Assembly: GCA_963764715.1 (NCBI GenBank)
Contig: CAVXTP010000013.1
Span: forward strand, 116,655 to 180,654
Reading direction: 5' to 3'
Origin: an uncultured Acidobacteriota bacterium
Lineage (GTDB): Bacteria; Acidobacteriota; Thermoanaerobaculia; UBA5066; Gp7-AA6
DNA: 64,000 nucleotides
In this document: in pieces, positions 9,393 through 20,052 of the stretch
Layout of the letters: each line of letters starts with the position of its first letter
How positions within the stretch are numbered: the stretch's first letter is position 1
Position numbers and translations under genes: made by a program
The notes under the pieces: model-generated
What the model was told of the DNA's origin: nothing
The model's database searches: none
Seen by the model: the letters and a program-made list of their open reading frames with translations, nothing else

Positions 9393-11612
9393 TTAGAACC
9401 CGAACGCCTTGACCAGGAACACCATCATCTGCCCCCGGGTGTTGGGATTGGAGGGGCAGTACAAGAGCGGCACCGCCTGGCAGCCACCCGTCACGCCCTC
9501 CGCGTAGAGCCGTTCGATCCAGGGAGCGAACGGGTCGCCGACGGGAACGTCCCCGAAGACCCCCGTCGCCGGCGGGGGCACGTACGCGCTCCCGTACCTG
9601 GTTTTGAGCAGGAACGCCGCCATCTGCCGGCGTGTGACCGGACTGTCGGGACAGTAGTTTCCGCCCCCGCAGCCCCCGGTGACGCCGAGCCCCGCGAGCT
9701 CCTCGATCCACGGGGCGTAGGGGCTCGACGCCGGGACGTCGGCGAAAACCGTTCCGGTGGCGGGCGGCGGCACGTGGTCCGCGCCGAGCTCGCTCCGCAG
9801 GAGCAGGACCGGCATCTGCTTGCGCGGGAGCGCGAGGTCGCGGCAGAAGTTGCCGAGGTGGCACCCCGCGGTGATCCCGGCGCGGAACAGCGTCTCGATG
9901 AACGGGTGGAACGGGTCCCCCTGCGGCACGTCGAGAAAGTCGGCGAACCATCCCTTCGGAAGGGTCGACTCGCTCGTGTCCGGGTTCGTCACGACGACGT
10001 CGTTGAGCGTTCCCGGCGACAGCGGCGGAGTCGACGCCGTGACGAGCGCCGCGCTCGAGACCGAGACGCCGGTCGCCGGCACTCCGCCGATCGAAACCGC
10101 CGCGCCCGGCTGGAAGCCCGCGCCCGTGATCGCGACCCCGGTCCCTCCCGCCGCCGGACCGGAGGACGGAGCGATCGCCAGGTCCGCCGCCGCCCCGGCC
10201 TCGTAGGCCCCGAGGTCGGGCGAGGCGTCCCGCGGGCGGCCGAGGATGTCGTCCGGAGGCATCGAAGCGGGATCGGCCTGGCCGACCGCCGGACTCCCGG
10301 CGCCGATCGAGCCGTAGGTGGCCACGAGGCGCTCGAACTCCTGCCGGATCGTGGCGCTGCCGCTCACAAACGCCGTCCCGTTCCAGCGCGGGAGCACGAT
10401 GCCGGCCTGGCCCGGCAGCTGCGGGTCGGCGACCACGGCGTGCGCGTCGTCGACGAGCGGGCTCACGAGATCGCCCCCCGGGATCGCGGCGCCGCCGTTC
10501 CAGTAGAGGTTGCGGTCGAGGACAAGGCCCGTGACCTCGGCGGGCGTCCCGTCGGAGAACTCGTTGGTCCCGCCCGCGGCCTCCGCCCCCATCGTCCCGG
10601 TGGGGTCCGACCACACGTTGTTCCGGAAGGCCACGTTCTCGTTGACGGGGTTGGAGCCTTCGCGGTTCACCCGGCAGGCGTACGCGAGCGAAGGCAGGTC
10701 GCCGACGACGGTGTTGGCGCGGAACGTGACGTCCCGTCCGCCCTTGACGCCGAACGCGGCGCGCATGTCGTTGGCGGAGTTGCCGAGCATCAGGTTGTTC
10801 TCGACGAGGATCGACCGGCCCTCGAAGTAGGGCATCCCGTCCTCGCCGACGAGGGCGAAGTTGGAGCCGCTCGAGCCCTCCCAGTTCAGGAAGACGTTGC
10901 GCCGGACGGTGATGCGCTCGTCGCCGATCTGACCGTCGTCGCCGGCGTTGGAGTCCTTCATGACGATGAAGGAGCTCGTGTCGTTGGCGTTGGACCGCCC
11001 GCTGCCGGCGAAGTCGTTGAAGAAGATGTTGTCCTGCACGAGCACGTCGGTCACGCTGTTGATGTCGATGTGCTCGTCGGAGCCGGCCTGGTTGTAGAAG
11101 ACGTTGTTCTCCACGGTCACGAAGCGGGCGCCGTTGTTGATCTTGAGCAGGTCGTTGTTCCAGGAGTCGTGGAACACGTTGTCCCGGATCGTGACGTTTT
11201 CGGCCCAGAGCCCTCCGGCCTGCTGCACCTGCATGACGAGGGCGCCGGCCCCCGCCCCCGTGTGGCGGAGCTCGAAGCCCTCGAGGACCACGTTCTTCGA
11301 ACCGAAGAGCTTGACGACGGTGCCGGAGTACTGGAGGACCGCGCGGTAGCGGTTGGCGGCGCGGAAGGTCGTCGGGGTCTGGAAGCGCTCGTAGAGGCTG
11401 TTTGTCCCGGTGTAGACGCCGTCCTGGAAGTAGACGGTGCACGTGTCGTCGGGAACGGCGGCGGACGCGTGGTCGAGCGTCGCCCAGGGGGATCCGATCG
11501 TCCCCGGATTCACGTCGCTGCCGGCGGGCGAGGGCGCCACCCACCGCTCGCACGGCTGGGCGAGGGCGCCGGCCGCCGGGAGGAGCGCGAGCAGCACGGC
11601 GCGGCGAAGCAT
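9393..11612 (-). CDS. Secreted parallel beta-helix (pectin-lyase-fold) protein with IPT domain and triple SLH repeats
   Basis: Signal peptide, [16 protein letters not shown] start, repeated xxNNVFxN strands, PDLGAYE, IPT, three SLH repeats. Confidence 0.85.
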   Translation of the reverse strand: MLRRAVLLALLPAAGALAQPCERWVAPSPAGSDVNPGTIGSPWATLDHASAAVPDDTCTVYFQDGVYTGTNSLYERFQTPTTFRAANRYRAVLQYSGTVVKLFGSKNVVLEGFELRHTGAGAGALVMQVQQAGGLWAENVTIRDNVFHDSWNNDLLKINNGARFVTVENNVFYNQAGSDEHIDINSVTDVLVQDNIFFNDFAGSGRSNANDTSSFIVMKDSNAGDDGQIGDERITVRRNVFLNWEGSSGSNFALVGEDGMPYFEGRSILVENNLMLGNSANDMRAAFGVKGGRDVTFRANTVVGDLPSLAYACRVNREGSNPVNENVAFRNNVWSDPTGTMGAEAAGGTNEFSDGTPAEVTGLVLDRNLYWNGGAAIPGGDLVSPLVDDAHAVVADPQLPGQAGIVLPRWNGTAFVSGSATIRQEFERLVATYGSIGAGSPAVGQADPASMPPDDILGRPRDASPDLGAYEAGAAADLAIAPSSGPAAGGTGVAITGAGFQPGAAVSIGGVPATGVSVSSAALVTASTPPLSPGTLNDVVVTNPDTSESTLPKGWFADFLDVPQGDPFHPFIETLFRAGITAGCHLGNFCRDLALPRKQMPVLLLRSELGADHVPPPATGTVFADVPASSPYAPWIEELAGLGVTGGCGGGNYCPDSPVTRRQMAAFLLKTRYGSAYVPPPATGVFGDVPVGDPFAPWIERLYAEGVTGGCQAVPLLYCPSNPNTRGQMMVFLVKAFGF

Positions 11613-11679
11613 CGCGTCGATTCTCCGCCGGCCGGGCGCGGCGGGCCCGTGACCGCGCGCACAGTCCCCGGGGCGCGAG

Positions 11680-11820
11680 CTACTCGAGCCCGAACGTCTT
11701 CACCAGGAACACGGCCATCTGCGCGCGCGTCACGGAAGTCGCCGGGCAGTACATCAGGGGCGACGCCTGGCAGCCCCCGGTGACGCCGCGGTTGTAGAGG
11801 TCCTCGATCCAGGCGGCGGC
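11680..11820 (-). pseudogene. Orphan duplicate of the last 46 codons plus stop (third SLH repeat) of the 11906-17137 gene
   Basis: Hand alignment with 11906-12046 gives 132/141 identical nt; encodes [46 protein letters not shown]; no start codon. Confidence 0.88.
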
Positions 11821-11858
11821 GAGCCGACCACCAGAGGCAGACCCCCGGCAGTAGGCAA

Positions 11859-11877
11859 CGCCGTGCGAAGCACGGCG
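11859..11877. other. GC-rich hairpin CGCCGTGC-GAA-GCACGGCG in the 85-bp spacer between the duplicated SLH ends
   Basis: 8-bp perfect stem; could be a terminator or a mobile-element end. Confidence 0.55.
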
Positions 11878-11905
11878 GTAACTGGAATGCTTCTCGAAGC
11901 GCCAG

Positions 11906-14900
11906 CTACTCGAGCCCGAACGCCTTCACCAGGAACACGGCCATCTGCCCGCGCGTAACCGGCGTCGCCGGACAGTACATCAGGGGCGACGCCTGGCAGC
12001 CCCCGGTGACGCCGCGGTTGTAGAGATCCTCGATCCAGGCGGCCGCAAACGCGTCGGCAGCCACGTCTCCGAATAGCGTTCCCGTCGGCGCCGGCGGCGC
12101 GTAGTCGAAGCCGAGCAGGGCCTTCAGCAGCACGACCGCCATCTGCGCACGCGTGACCGGCGCCGTCGGGCAGAAGTTCCCGCCGCCGCAGCCGGCGGTG
12201 ATCTGGAGCGAGGCCGCCTCTTCGATCCACGGCGCGAACGGGTCCGTCGGGGGAACGTCGGCGAAGAGGCCCACCGCCTCCGGCGGAACGTGGTCCTCCC
12301 CGAGCTTGCTCTTGAGGACGAACACGACCATCTGGGCGCGCGTGTTGGAGGCGTCGGGGCAGAAATTGCCTCCGCCGCAGCCGGCCGTCACGCCGTTCGA
12401 CGCGATCGTGTCGACGAAGTCGTGGAAGGGGTGCGCCGGAGGAACGTCCAGGAAATCGACCTGGACCCGGCGGGCCGAGGCGGGAGAGACGCAGCCCGCG
12501 TCGGTCTCGACGACCGCGAGCTTCATGGTCGTTCCCGGCACGCCGGCGTCGAACGTGATCGAGGCCGTGCCCTGTCCCGAGACGATCGAGCCCCCGACGA
12601 GCGTCCAATCATAGGTCGAGCCGTCGTGCGCGGGAACGGACGCCGAGAGGCCGGTCGCGCCGACTCCGGCCGAAGGAGGCGCCGTGATGGCCGGCGGCTC
12701 GACCGGAGGCCGGACCACGATCTCGGCCGAGCCCGTTCCGGCGGAGGAACAGTGGGCGTCGGTCACGGAGGCCACCGCGTAGACCGTCGTCGAATCCGGG
12801 TTGACCTTGCGGACGGCCGGCGAGGCGGGAGCATCCTGAGCGAAGCCGTCCGACCAGAGAAGCGCCCAGGGCCCCGCGCCCGTGAGCGCCACGGTCAGCT
12901 CCGTCGAGCCGCCGGAGCAGATGGTCGCCGAGCCCGCCACGGCGGCGGTCGGGAGCGGCCGGACGAGGACGGTCGTCGTCGCCGCCGCGGACTCGCAGCC
13001 ATCGAGCGAGACGGTGACGGAATAGACCCCCGACGCCGCCTCCGTCGCGCCCGGGATCGACGGGTTCGGAAGGCTGGACGTGAACCCGTTCGGCCCGGTC
13101 CAGCCGTAGGTCGCGCCGGGAGCGCCGCTCGCCGAGAGCTGCAGCGCCTGGCCCGCGCACACGGGGCCGTTGTTCGATGCGGTCGGCGTCGGCGGCGTCG
13201 GGTTGACCGTGACCGTCACCGACGGCGCGTTGGTCGAGACGCAACCCTCGGCGCTCGTGACCGTGAGCGTGTAGACGGTGGTCGCCGAGGGCGCGGCCGT
13301 GGGCGTGCAGCTCGACGCGTTCGAGAGGCCGGTCGCCGGCGCCCACTGGCAGGATGCTCCGCCCGATCCGGAGAGCGGAGCCGAGCCGCCGGGACAGATC
13401 GAGGCCGAGCCGGAGGCCGCCGCGGTCGGCTTCGGCCGGACCGTCACGGTCACGGCCGGCGCGTTGTTCGAGACGCAGCCGCTGGCGTCGGTGACCGTGA
13501 GCGTGTAGGTCGTGGTGGCCGAAGGCGCCGCGCTCGGCGTGCAGCTCGACGAATTGGAAAGCCCGGTCGCCGGCGCCCAGGAGCACGAGACGCCACCCGA
13601 GCCTGTGAGCGGCGTCGAGCCCCCGGCGCAGATTTCGGCCGTCCCGCCGGCGACCGCCGTCGGCCGCGGGTTGACCGTGACGAGCGCGCCGCCCGTGCCG
13701 GCGCTCCCGGCGCAGTGCGCGTCCGAGACGGAAGTCACGACGTAGGTCGTCGTGGCCGAGGGACTGACCAGCCGCATGGCGGGCGAGACGGCGATTCCGT
13801 CCTGCGGGACGCCGTCGGACCACACCAGGCTCCACGGACCCGTCCCCGTCAGCGCGGCCTGGACCTGGACGGCGCCGCCGGCGCACACGAGGCCGCCGCC
13901 CGAGACGGCGGCCGTCGGCAGTGGATGGACGGTCGCGACCGTCGTCCCCGCGCCGGACACGCAGGAGGCGACGCTCACCGTCACGGAGTAGGTGCCGGCC
14001 GCGGCGAGCGTCACGCTGGAGATGGTCGGATTCTGGTCGGACGACGTAAAGCCGTTCGGACCGGTCCAGGAATAGGTCGCGCCCGCCACCGTCGCCGCCG
14101 TCAGCTGCAGCGTTCCGTCGACGCACACGGCGCCGCCGTTGCCGGCGGCCGGAGGCGCCGGCACCGCGTTGACGGTCGTCGACGCGGCGGAGGAGTCGTT
14201 GCCGGCGGAGGGATCGACGACGCCGGAGGAGACGGCCGCCGTGTTCGTCGCGGTGCCCGACGAGACGGGGGCGGCGATCGTGATGGTGACGGGCGGCGCC
14301 GCGCCGACCGCGAGCGAGGCGCGCGTGCACGTCACGGTGGCGGTGCCGCTGCAGGCCCAGCCGGCGCCCGAAGCCGACACGAGCGTCCCGCCGGCCGGCA
14401 GCGTGTCGGCGAGCGACACGGAGGCCGCCGTCGAGGGGCCGGCGTTCGAGACGTTGAGCGTGTAGGTCATCGGCTGTCCCCCGCAGATCGAAGCAGGCGC
14501 CCCGCTCTGCGACACCGCGAGGTCCGCGCGCGCGAAGACCCCCGTGCTCGTCGACGCCGAATTGTTGGCGGCCGCCGCGTCGGCCGTCGCCGACGTCACG
14601 GAGGCCGTGGCGCCGATTGAGCCGGCCTCCGCCGGCGCCGTCGCGACGATGCTGATCGGGGCCGCCGCGCCGATTCCGAGCGACGCCAGCGTGCAGGTGA
14701 CGGGTCCCGTTCCCGAGCAGGACCAGCCCGTCCCGCCGGCGGAGACGAAGGACGAGCCCGCGGGAAGCGTGACGCCGACGGAGAGCGAGCTCGCCTGCGA
14801 GGGCCCCGCGTTGGCCACGCCCACGGTGTACGTCAGGTTCGCCGCGGCGCCCACGGGGTCCGGCGCCGCGCCGAGGCTGATCGAGAGGTCGGCGTGCCGA

Positions 14901-17137
14901 ACGTAGGTCGCGGTGAACGTCGCCGCCCCCGCCGCCGTGATCGAGTGCTGCTCGGCGCCGGCGTCCGACCAGGAGGCGAAGTCCCAGACGTCGGGGAAGG
15001 CGCCCTGCGGCGCCAGCGCGTCGACGCCGTTCGTCGAGTTCCGGATGACCGTGCGCGTGAAGGGGGCGGTCCCGGTGAAGGTCCCGAAGGAGAGCTGCCG
15101 GCCGGCCGGCACGGTCTGGAAGCTCAGGTCGACCGTCTGCGGCTGGATGCTCACGCTCGTCTGGTGCGTGAGATTCCCGGCGTCCGTCGCGGTCAGCCGG
15201 ATCTCGAGATACGCCGGGTACTCGTGGTCGGGAGCGGGGAACGAGCCCGAGGCGACGCCGTCGAAGGTCTGATAGACGTGGGAGTGGCAGTTCGAGGGGC
15301 AGTGCTGGATCAGCACCGTCCAGGAGAGAGCGCTCGCGGGAAGGGTGCCCTGCTGCGGATCGGTGGCGTGCCCGGAGAAGGAGATGGTGTCGTTGACCTG
15401 CCAGGTCAGCGAGGCGAGCGGCGTGTCGATGAAGGCGGTCGGCGCCGTGTTGCCGGCGCTGACCGTCAGAGGGCTCGACACGTTCGACGCGCCGTGGTTG
15501 TCGGTGACCTTCAGCCGCACGGTGTAGTTGCCGGGATCGGTGTAGACGAAGCTCGGGCTCGCGAGGGTCGAGTCGTCGAACTCGCCGTCGCCGTCGAGGT
15601 CCCAGGCATAGGTGATCGTGTCGCCCGCCTGCGCGGGGGCGGAGCCGGCGCTGGAGAAGTCGACCGTCAGGGGCGCGACGCCCGAGAGCGGGCTTCCGGA
15701 CGCGGCCGCGACCGGGCCGTATTCGACGCGGATGATGCGGCCGCCGTCGAAGTCGGCGTAGTAGAGATTTCCGTCGGGCCCGATCTGGAGGTCCACGGGC
15801 CCCTGCGCCGTGGCGGCGAACGCCGCGCGGTTGGCCGGATCGGGATCGCCCCCGGATCCGGGGAACATCACCCAGAGGCACTTGCGGGAGTAGTCCGAGA
15901 AGAAGAGCGCGCCGTCGTAGCCCGCCGGATAGTTGCTGCCGCCCTGGTAGAAGGCCATGCCGGCGACCGAGGAGCTCCCGGTCGTGCAGCCGTCGCCCGC
16001 CACGACCGAGGCGCTGTGGTTGTAGGTGTAGAAGGGCGCCGTCGTCTGGCCGATGGACGACGGGCAGATGGTGAGGCCGGTGTACTGCGTTGCGTTGCCC
16101 TCGTAGCACGGCCAGCCGAAGTTGCGGACGGCGGAGACGTCCGGAAGGCGGTTGATCTCCTCCCACGTGTTCCAGCCGACGTCGGCGATCCAGACGTCGC
16201 TCGTTCCGGGCTTGACGATCATGCGGAAGGGATTGCGCAGGCCGTAGCCGACGATCCGCCGCTCGTTGAGGTCGGAGGAGGAGGCGAGCGGGTTGTCCGG
16301 AGCCGCCAGGCCGGTCGCGGGATCGACCCGCAGGAGCGCGCCGTTGAGGACGCGCGGCTCGCCCGCCGTGCGGCGGGGGCTCTGGCTGCGGAGAGCGCCG
16401 CCTTCGGCCGTGGGCTTGGTCTGCGCCGTCCCGAGCGGGAAGGGCGGGTCGCCGCAGGGATTGGCGGGCGTCGGGCTGCCCGCGCTGCCGCCGAGCTGCC
16501 CCCAGTCGGAGGTGTTGAAGCTCGCGCCGTCGCCGCCGGTCACGTAGAGGTAGCCGTCCGCGCCGAACGCGAGCGACCCCGTCGAGTGACTCGGATACTG
16601 CTGGCACCAGTCCTCGATCAGCACCTGCTCGCTCGCCGTCCAGCTCGCTCCGGTCGCCGTGAGGCGCGAAAGGTGGCCGCTGATCACGCAGCCGTCGCCG
16701 GTCGCACCCGGGGGCGTGGGGCAGGGGTCGGAGGTGGCTCCCGGCGTTCCCCAGCGCGGCGCGGTGCCGCCGATGGACGCATCGTGCGCATACAGGACGT
16801 AGATGAAGTTGTTCGTCGCGAAGTTCGGGTCGACCGCGAGGCCGAGGAGGCCGCGGTCCCAGAAGTTGTGGACCTTCGTCCGCAGGTCGGCGACGACCGT
16901 CGGCGAGGGGTCGGTCAGGCTGTCGAAGAGCTTGATGAGCCCGCTCTTCTCCGCGACGACGACGCGGCCGTCCGGAAGGAACCGCACGACGGCGGGGTTC
17001 GTGAGGCCGCTGAAGACGACGGTCTCGTGAAAGGACGGCTGCTTGTAGGACGTCGCCGCGCGGGCGGCCGGAGCGCCGGCGAGCAGTGCGACGGCGAGGC
17101 CGACTCGGGCCGCGCGCCCTACGCATGTGGAAACCAA
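11906..17137 (-). CDS. Large surface protein: glucose/sorbosone dehydrogenase-like beta-propeller, PKD, two DUF11, Ig-like repeats, triple SLH
   Basis: DRGLLGLAVDPNF, FGADGYLYVTGGDG, YGLRNPFR, WEEIN; YAWDLDGDG PKD; ADLSIS/ADLAVS DUF11; TYSWTGPNGFTS repeats; SLH. The TTG start is uncertain. Confidence 0.87.
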   Translation of the reverse strand: MVSTCVGRAARVGLAVALLAGAPAARAATSYKQPSFHETVVFSGLTNPAVVRFLPDGRVVVAEKSGLIKLFDSLTDPSPTVVADLRTKVHNFWDRGLLGLAVDPNFATNNFIYVLYAHDASIGGTAPRWGTPGATSDPCPTPPGATGDGCVISGHLSRLTATGASWTASEQVLIEDWCQQYPSHSTGSLAFGADGYLYVTGGDGASFNTSDWGQLGGSAGSPTPANPCGDPPFPLGTAQTKPTAEGGALRSQSPRRTAGEPRVLNGALLRVDPATGLAAPDNPLASSSDLNERRIVGYGLRNPFRMIVKPGTSDVWIADVGWNTWEEINRLPDVSAVRNFGWPCYEGNATQYTGLTICPSSIGQTTAPFYTYNHSASVVAGDGCTTGSSSVAGMAFYQGGSNYPAGYDGALFFSDYSRKCLWVMFPGSGGDPDPANRAAFAATAQGPVDLQIGPDGNLYYADFDGGRIIRVEYGPVAAASGSPLSGVAPLTVDFSSAGSAPAQAGDTITYAWDLDGDGEFDDSTLASPSFVYTDPGNYTVRLKVTDNHGASNVSSPLTVSAGNTAPTAFIDTPLASLTWQVNDTISFSGHATDPQQGTLPASALSWTVLIQHCPSNCHSHVYQTFDGVASGSFPAPDHEYPAYLEIRLTATDAGNLTHQTSVSIQPQTVDLSFQTVPAGRQLSFGTFTGTAPFTRTVIRNSTNGVDALAPQGAFPDVWDFASWSDAGAEQHSITAAGAATFTATYVRHADLSISLGAAPDPVGAAANLTYTVGVANAGPSQASSLSVGVTLPAGSSFVSAGGTGWSCSGTGPVTCTLASLGIGAAAPISIVATAPAEAGSIGATASVTSATADAAAANNSASTSTGVFARADLAVSQSGAPASICGGQPMTYTLNVSNAGPSTAASVSLADTLPAGGTLVSASGAGWACSGTATVTCTRASLAVGAAPPVTITIAAPVSSGTATNTAAVSSGVVDPSAGNDSSAASTTVNAVPAPPAAGNGGAVCVDGTLQLTAATVAGATYSWTGPNGFTSSDQNPTISSVTLAAAGTYSVTVSVASCVSGAGTTVATVHPLPTAAVSGGGLVCAGGAVQVQAALTGTGPWSLVWSDGVPQDGIAVSPAMRLVSPSATTTYVVTSVSDAHCAGSAGTGGALVTVNPRPTAVAGGTAEICAGGSTPLTGSGGVSCSWAPATGLSNSSSCTPSAAPSATTTYTLTVTDASGCVSNNAPAVTVTVRPKPTAAASGSASICPGGSAPLSGSGGASCQWAPATGLSNASSCTPTAAPSATTVYTLTVTSAEGCVSTNAPSVTVTVNPTPPTPTASNNGPVCAGQALQLSASGAPGATYGWTGPNGFTSSLPNPSIPGATEAASGVYSVTVSLDGCESAAATTTVLVRPLPTAAVAGSATICSGGSTELTVALTGAGPWALLWSDGFAQDAPASPAVRKVNPDSTTVYAVASVTDAHCSSAGTGSAEIVVRPPVEPPAITAPPSAGVGATGLSASVPAHDGSTYDWTLVGGSIVSGQGTASITFDAGVPGTTMKLAVVETDAGCVSPASARRVQVDFLDVPPAHPFHDFVDTIASNGVTAGCGGGNFCPDASNTRAQMVVFVLKSKLGEDHVPPEAVGLFADVPPTDPFAPWIEEAASLQITAGCGGGNFCPTAPVTRAQMAVVLLKALLGFDYAPPAPTGTLFGDVAADAFAAAWIEDLYNRGVTGGCQASPLMYCPATPVTRGQMAVFLVKAFGLE

Positions 17138-17276
17138 GCTCGCCCCCTTGCCGGCAGCTCAGCCCGGAAATTCGGTGGATTTGAAGGCGAAAGTATCGCG
17201 CCGACCTGACCTTCGGGTCAAGGAGAACCTGTCCTCGAGGCCAGTGTGAGGTTCGTCACATCGGAGTCGAAGGCGT

Positions 17277-17294
17277 GCCGGGCTTTCGCCCGGC
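17277..17294 (-). terminator. Hairpin GCCGGGC-GAAA-GCCCGGC just downstream of the S8 peptidase stop
   Basis: 7-bp stem with a GNRA loop, 7 nt after the stop; no U-tract. Confidence 0.45.
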
Positions 17295-17301
17295 GGTCAC
17301 G

Positions 17302-19929
17302 TCACTGCAGCTGGAACGTCTTGGTCAGGAACACCGCCATCTGCCCGCGCGTGTTGGCGTTGCCGGGACAGTAGAGGAGCGGCGACGCGCTGCAGCCTCC
17401 GGTGACCGAGCGCTGATAGATCTCCTCGATCCAGTCCGCGCCAAACGCGCCCGGCGGCACGTCGCCGAAGACTCCCGTCGCGGGTGGCGGAACGTAGGAC
17501 GAGCCCTCTTTGGTCTTGAGCAGGAACACCGCCATCTGCGCGCGCGTCACGGCGCCGTCGGGACAGTAGTTGCCGCCGCCACAGCCCCCCGTGACGCCGA
17601 GCGAGGCCAGCTCCTCGATCCAGCCGGCGGCGAACGAGTCCGCGGCGACGTCGGAAAAGACCGCGCCGGTCGCGTCGGGCGGCACATGCGCGGACCCGTA
17701 CTTGCTCTTCAGAAGGAAGACCGCCATCTGCGCGCGCGTGACGGGTCCGTCCGGACAGTAGATGCCGGCGCCGCAGCCACCCGTGATGCCGTTGCGCGCG
17801 ACCGTGTTGATGGCATCGTGAAAGAGGTTCGAGGGAGGAACATCCGTGAAGTCGACGGAGATCGACACGGGTGTGGACGCGACTTCGCAGGCACCGAGCG
17901 AGTCCAGGAGCTCGAGACGCATCGTGGTTCCGGGATCTCCCGATTGGAACGTGACCGTGCTCGTTCCCTGGCCGCCCGTGACGGCGCCCCCATCCAGCGT
18001 CCACTGGTTGGCGTGTCCGGCTCCCGAGTCGGACGAGGCCGTGAGACCGCCGGTCGCGGGAGGCACCGAGACCGGGGCCGTGATCGTCGGTGCGGCGTAC
18101 GGGCAGGTCACGACCGCCGTCGTCTCGGTCGAGGAGTCGTTGGCCAGGACGGGATCGGGCGACGTGGCCGAGACGGTGGCCGCGCTCGTGAGGGTTCCGA
18201 TCGACGTCGGATTGACGGTCACGAGGACCGACGTCGTCGATCCGGCCGGCAGCGGCCCGAGATCGCAGGTCACGGCGTGGGCGAGGAGGGTGCAGGAGCC
18301 CTGGTTCGGGACGGCCGAGAGGATCGTCGCCGCGAGCGAAAGGGTGTCGTCGAGGTGAACGCCGGAGGCCGACGCGGGGCCCAGATTCTCGACGGTGAGC
18401 TTGTAGGCGACCGGGATGCCGACGAGCGCCGGCTCGGGCGAGTCCGACTGCGTCAGCGCCAGGTCGGCGGACGAAGCCTCGACGGCGGCGAGCGCGTCCA
18501 CGCGGCCCCATCCGTAGGTGTTGTTGGGGACATCGCCGCCGGGCACGCCGCCACAGGTCTGCGCGCTCGTGCGCGGGACCGCCGCCGAGGTGACGATCGC
18601 TTCGATCGCATCCGGGTCCCCGACCAGGGTGGGATTCGCCGACAGCAGCAGCGCGACGAGCCCCGCGACGTGCGGTCCGGCCATGCTCGTCCCGTCGAGG
18701 AGCGCATACCCGCCGCCCGGCACGCTCGAGCGGACGCCGACCCCGGGCGCGCTGACGTCGGGTTTCATGCGGCCGCTGCCGTCGATCGTGACGGGCCCGC
18801 GGCTCGAGAAACCCGCGATCGTGTCCGAGGGCGAGCTGCTCGTCGCCCCGACCGAGAACGCCGCATCGTAGATCGCCGGAGGGTCGGAGACGGTCGAGCA
18901 GTCGCTGCCGCTGTTGCCGGCCGACACCACGACCTCGATGCCGGCGGCGCGCGTGTTCTCGACGACGGTCTGGAGCACGGTCGGGTCGGTGCACCCTTCC
19001 TCCGGGGGGCAGCCCCAGGAGTTGTTGATCACGTGCGGCGCCTTCGCCGGATTCGGGTTCGCGTTCTGGAGATCCGTCGGGGCGATGAACCACTCGAAGC
19101 ACTCGCTGTAGCTCGCCGGCGTGCCCGCGCCCTGGTCCATGTTGCGGCAGCCGATCCACTTCGCTCCCGGCGCGACGCCGATCTGGTTCGATCCTCCGTC
19201 GTCCCCGACCATGGTTCCCATGGTGTGCGTGCCGTGGAAGTGGTCGTCGCACGGGACGGCGGAGTCCGCGCCGCAGACGCCGCCTCCCGAGTGGATGGCG
19301 TCGTGCCAGTTGTAGTTGTGGTTCGCGATCAGGCCCGTCCAGCCGCGGTACCTCGCTTTGAGCGCCGGATGATTCCACTGGTAGCCCGTGTCCTGCCCCC
19401 CGACGACGATTCCCTGGCCGGTATGGCCGAGGGCCCAGACCTCGGGCGCGTGGACCCGGGCTACTCCCCACTCGATCGCCTCGGGGGCGTCGGGTCCGGC
19501 GTCCCTGCGTGCGACCGGTCCGTCGAAATGGACGCTCGGGTTGGCGTACAGGTGGTAGACGTCTTCGCGCGCCGCGATCTCCTCGACGAGGGCCCGGTCA
19601 CCGCGGACCAGGATCATGTTGGCGATCCAGAAGACGCGGTGCGGAACGCGACGCTGCTCCAGAAATCGCCGGAGGGGAGCCTGCGTCGCCTCGGCGTGGG
19701 CGCGGAGGGTGTCCGCGACGAAGGCGCCCTTCTCCGCCCGGACGGCGAGCGACCGTGCGCCCCGCAGGTCCGCCTGGTCCCGGAGCATGACGAGAAACTC
19801 GGCCTCGCCGCCCGACGCGTTCTCGAGAACCCACGGGTCGATTTTCTGGGACAGCGTCTCCGCGCGTCCCGGAGTCCCCGGGACGGATGCGAGGGCGAGC
19901 GTGCAGACCAGGATCAATCGGAAGCGCAT
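17302..19929 (-). CDS. S8 subtilase (bacillopeptidase F-like) with DUF11 and triple SLH repeats
   Basis: Catalytic motifs DTG, HGTHTMGT, GTSMAGPHVAG; SAGNSG; signal/propeptide; SLH. Confidence 0.92.
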   Translation of the reverse strand: MRFRLILVCTLALASVPGTPGRAETLSQKIDPWVLENASGGEAEFLVMLRDQADLRGARSLAVRAEKGAFVADTLRAHAEATQAPLRRFLEQRRVPHRVFWIANMILVRGDRALVEEIAAREDVYHLYANPSVHFDGPVARRDAGPDAPEAIEWGVARVHAPEVWALGHTGQGIVVGGQDTGYQWNHPALKARYRGWTGLIANHNYNWHDAIHSGGGVCGADSAVPCDDHFHGTHTMGTMVGDDGGSNQIGVAPGAKWIGCRNMDQGAGTPASYSECFEWFIAPTDLQNANPNPAKAPHVINNSWGCPPEEGCTDPTVLQTVVENTRAAGIEVVVSAGNSGSDCSTVSDPPAIYDAAFSVGATSSSPSDTIAGFSSRGPVTIDGSGRMKPDVSAPGVGVRSSVPGGGYALLDGTSMAGPHVAGLVALLLSANPTLVGDPDAIEAIVTSAAVPRTSAQTCGGVPGGDVPNNTYGWGRVDALAAVEASSADLALTQSDSPEPALVGIPVAYKLTVENLGPASASGVHLDDTLSLAATILSAVPNQGSCTLLAHAVTCDLGPLPAGSTTSVLVTVNPTSIGTLTSAATVSATSPDPVLANDSSTETTAVVTCPYAAPTITAPVSVPPATGGLTASSDSGAGHANQWTLDGGAVTGGQGTSTVTFQSGDPGTTMRLELLDSLGACEVASTPVSISVDFTDVPPSNLFHDAINTVARNGITGGCGAGIYCPDGPVTRAQMAVFLLKSKYGSAHVPPDATGAVFSDVAADSFAAGWIEELASLGVTGGCGGGNYCPDGAVTRAQMAVFLLKTKEGSSYVPPPATGVFGDVPPGAFGADWIEEIYQRSVTGGCSASPLLYCPGNANTRGQMAVFLTKTFQLQ

Positions 19930-20052
19930 GGATGGGCCTCTCCTTGGCTCGGGATCGGCGGATTATGCCCGATCGGCGAGCTCTCGCAACCCGGAGAACA
20001 ACCGCCCGAGCGCGCCCTCACACCGAGGCGCCGGTGCGAGCCCCGCCCGCCG

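Noticed and set aside
11680-12046. Diversity-generating retroelement TR/VR pair
   Set aside because: The 9 mismatches are not adenine-specific (e.g. GCG/GGG, TGC/TGT, GAC/GAT) and no reverse transcriptase is present in the window.
17138-17300. Riboswitch or ncRNA upstream of the 1743-aa gene
   Set aside because: Only two small hairpins are visible and I recognised no known aptamer consensus; an Rfam/Infernal search would be needed.
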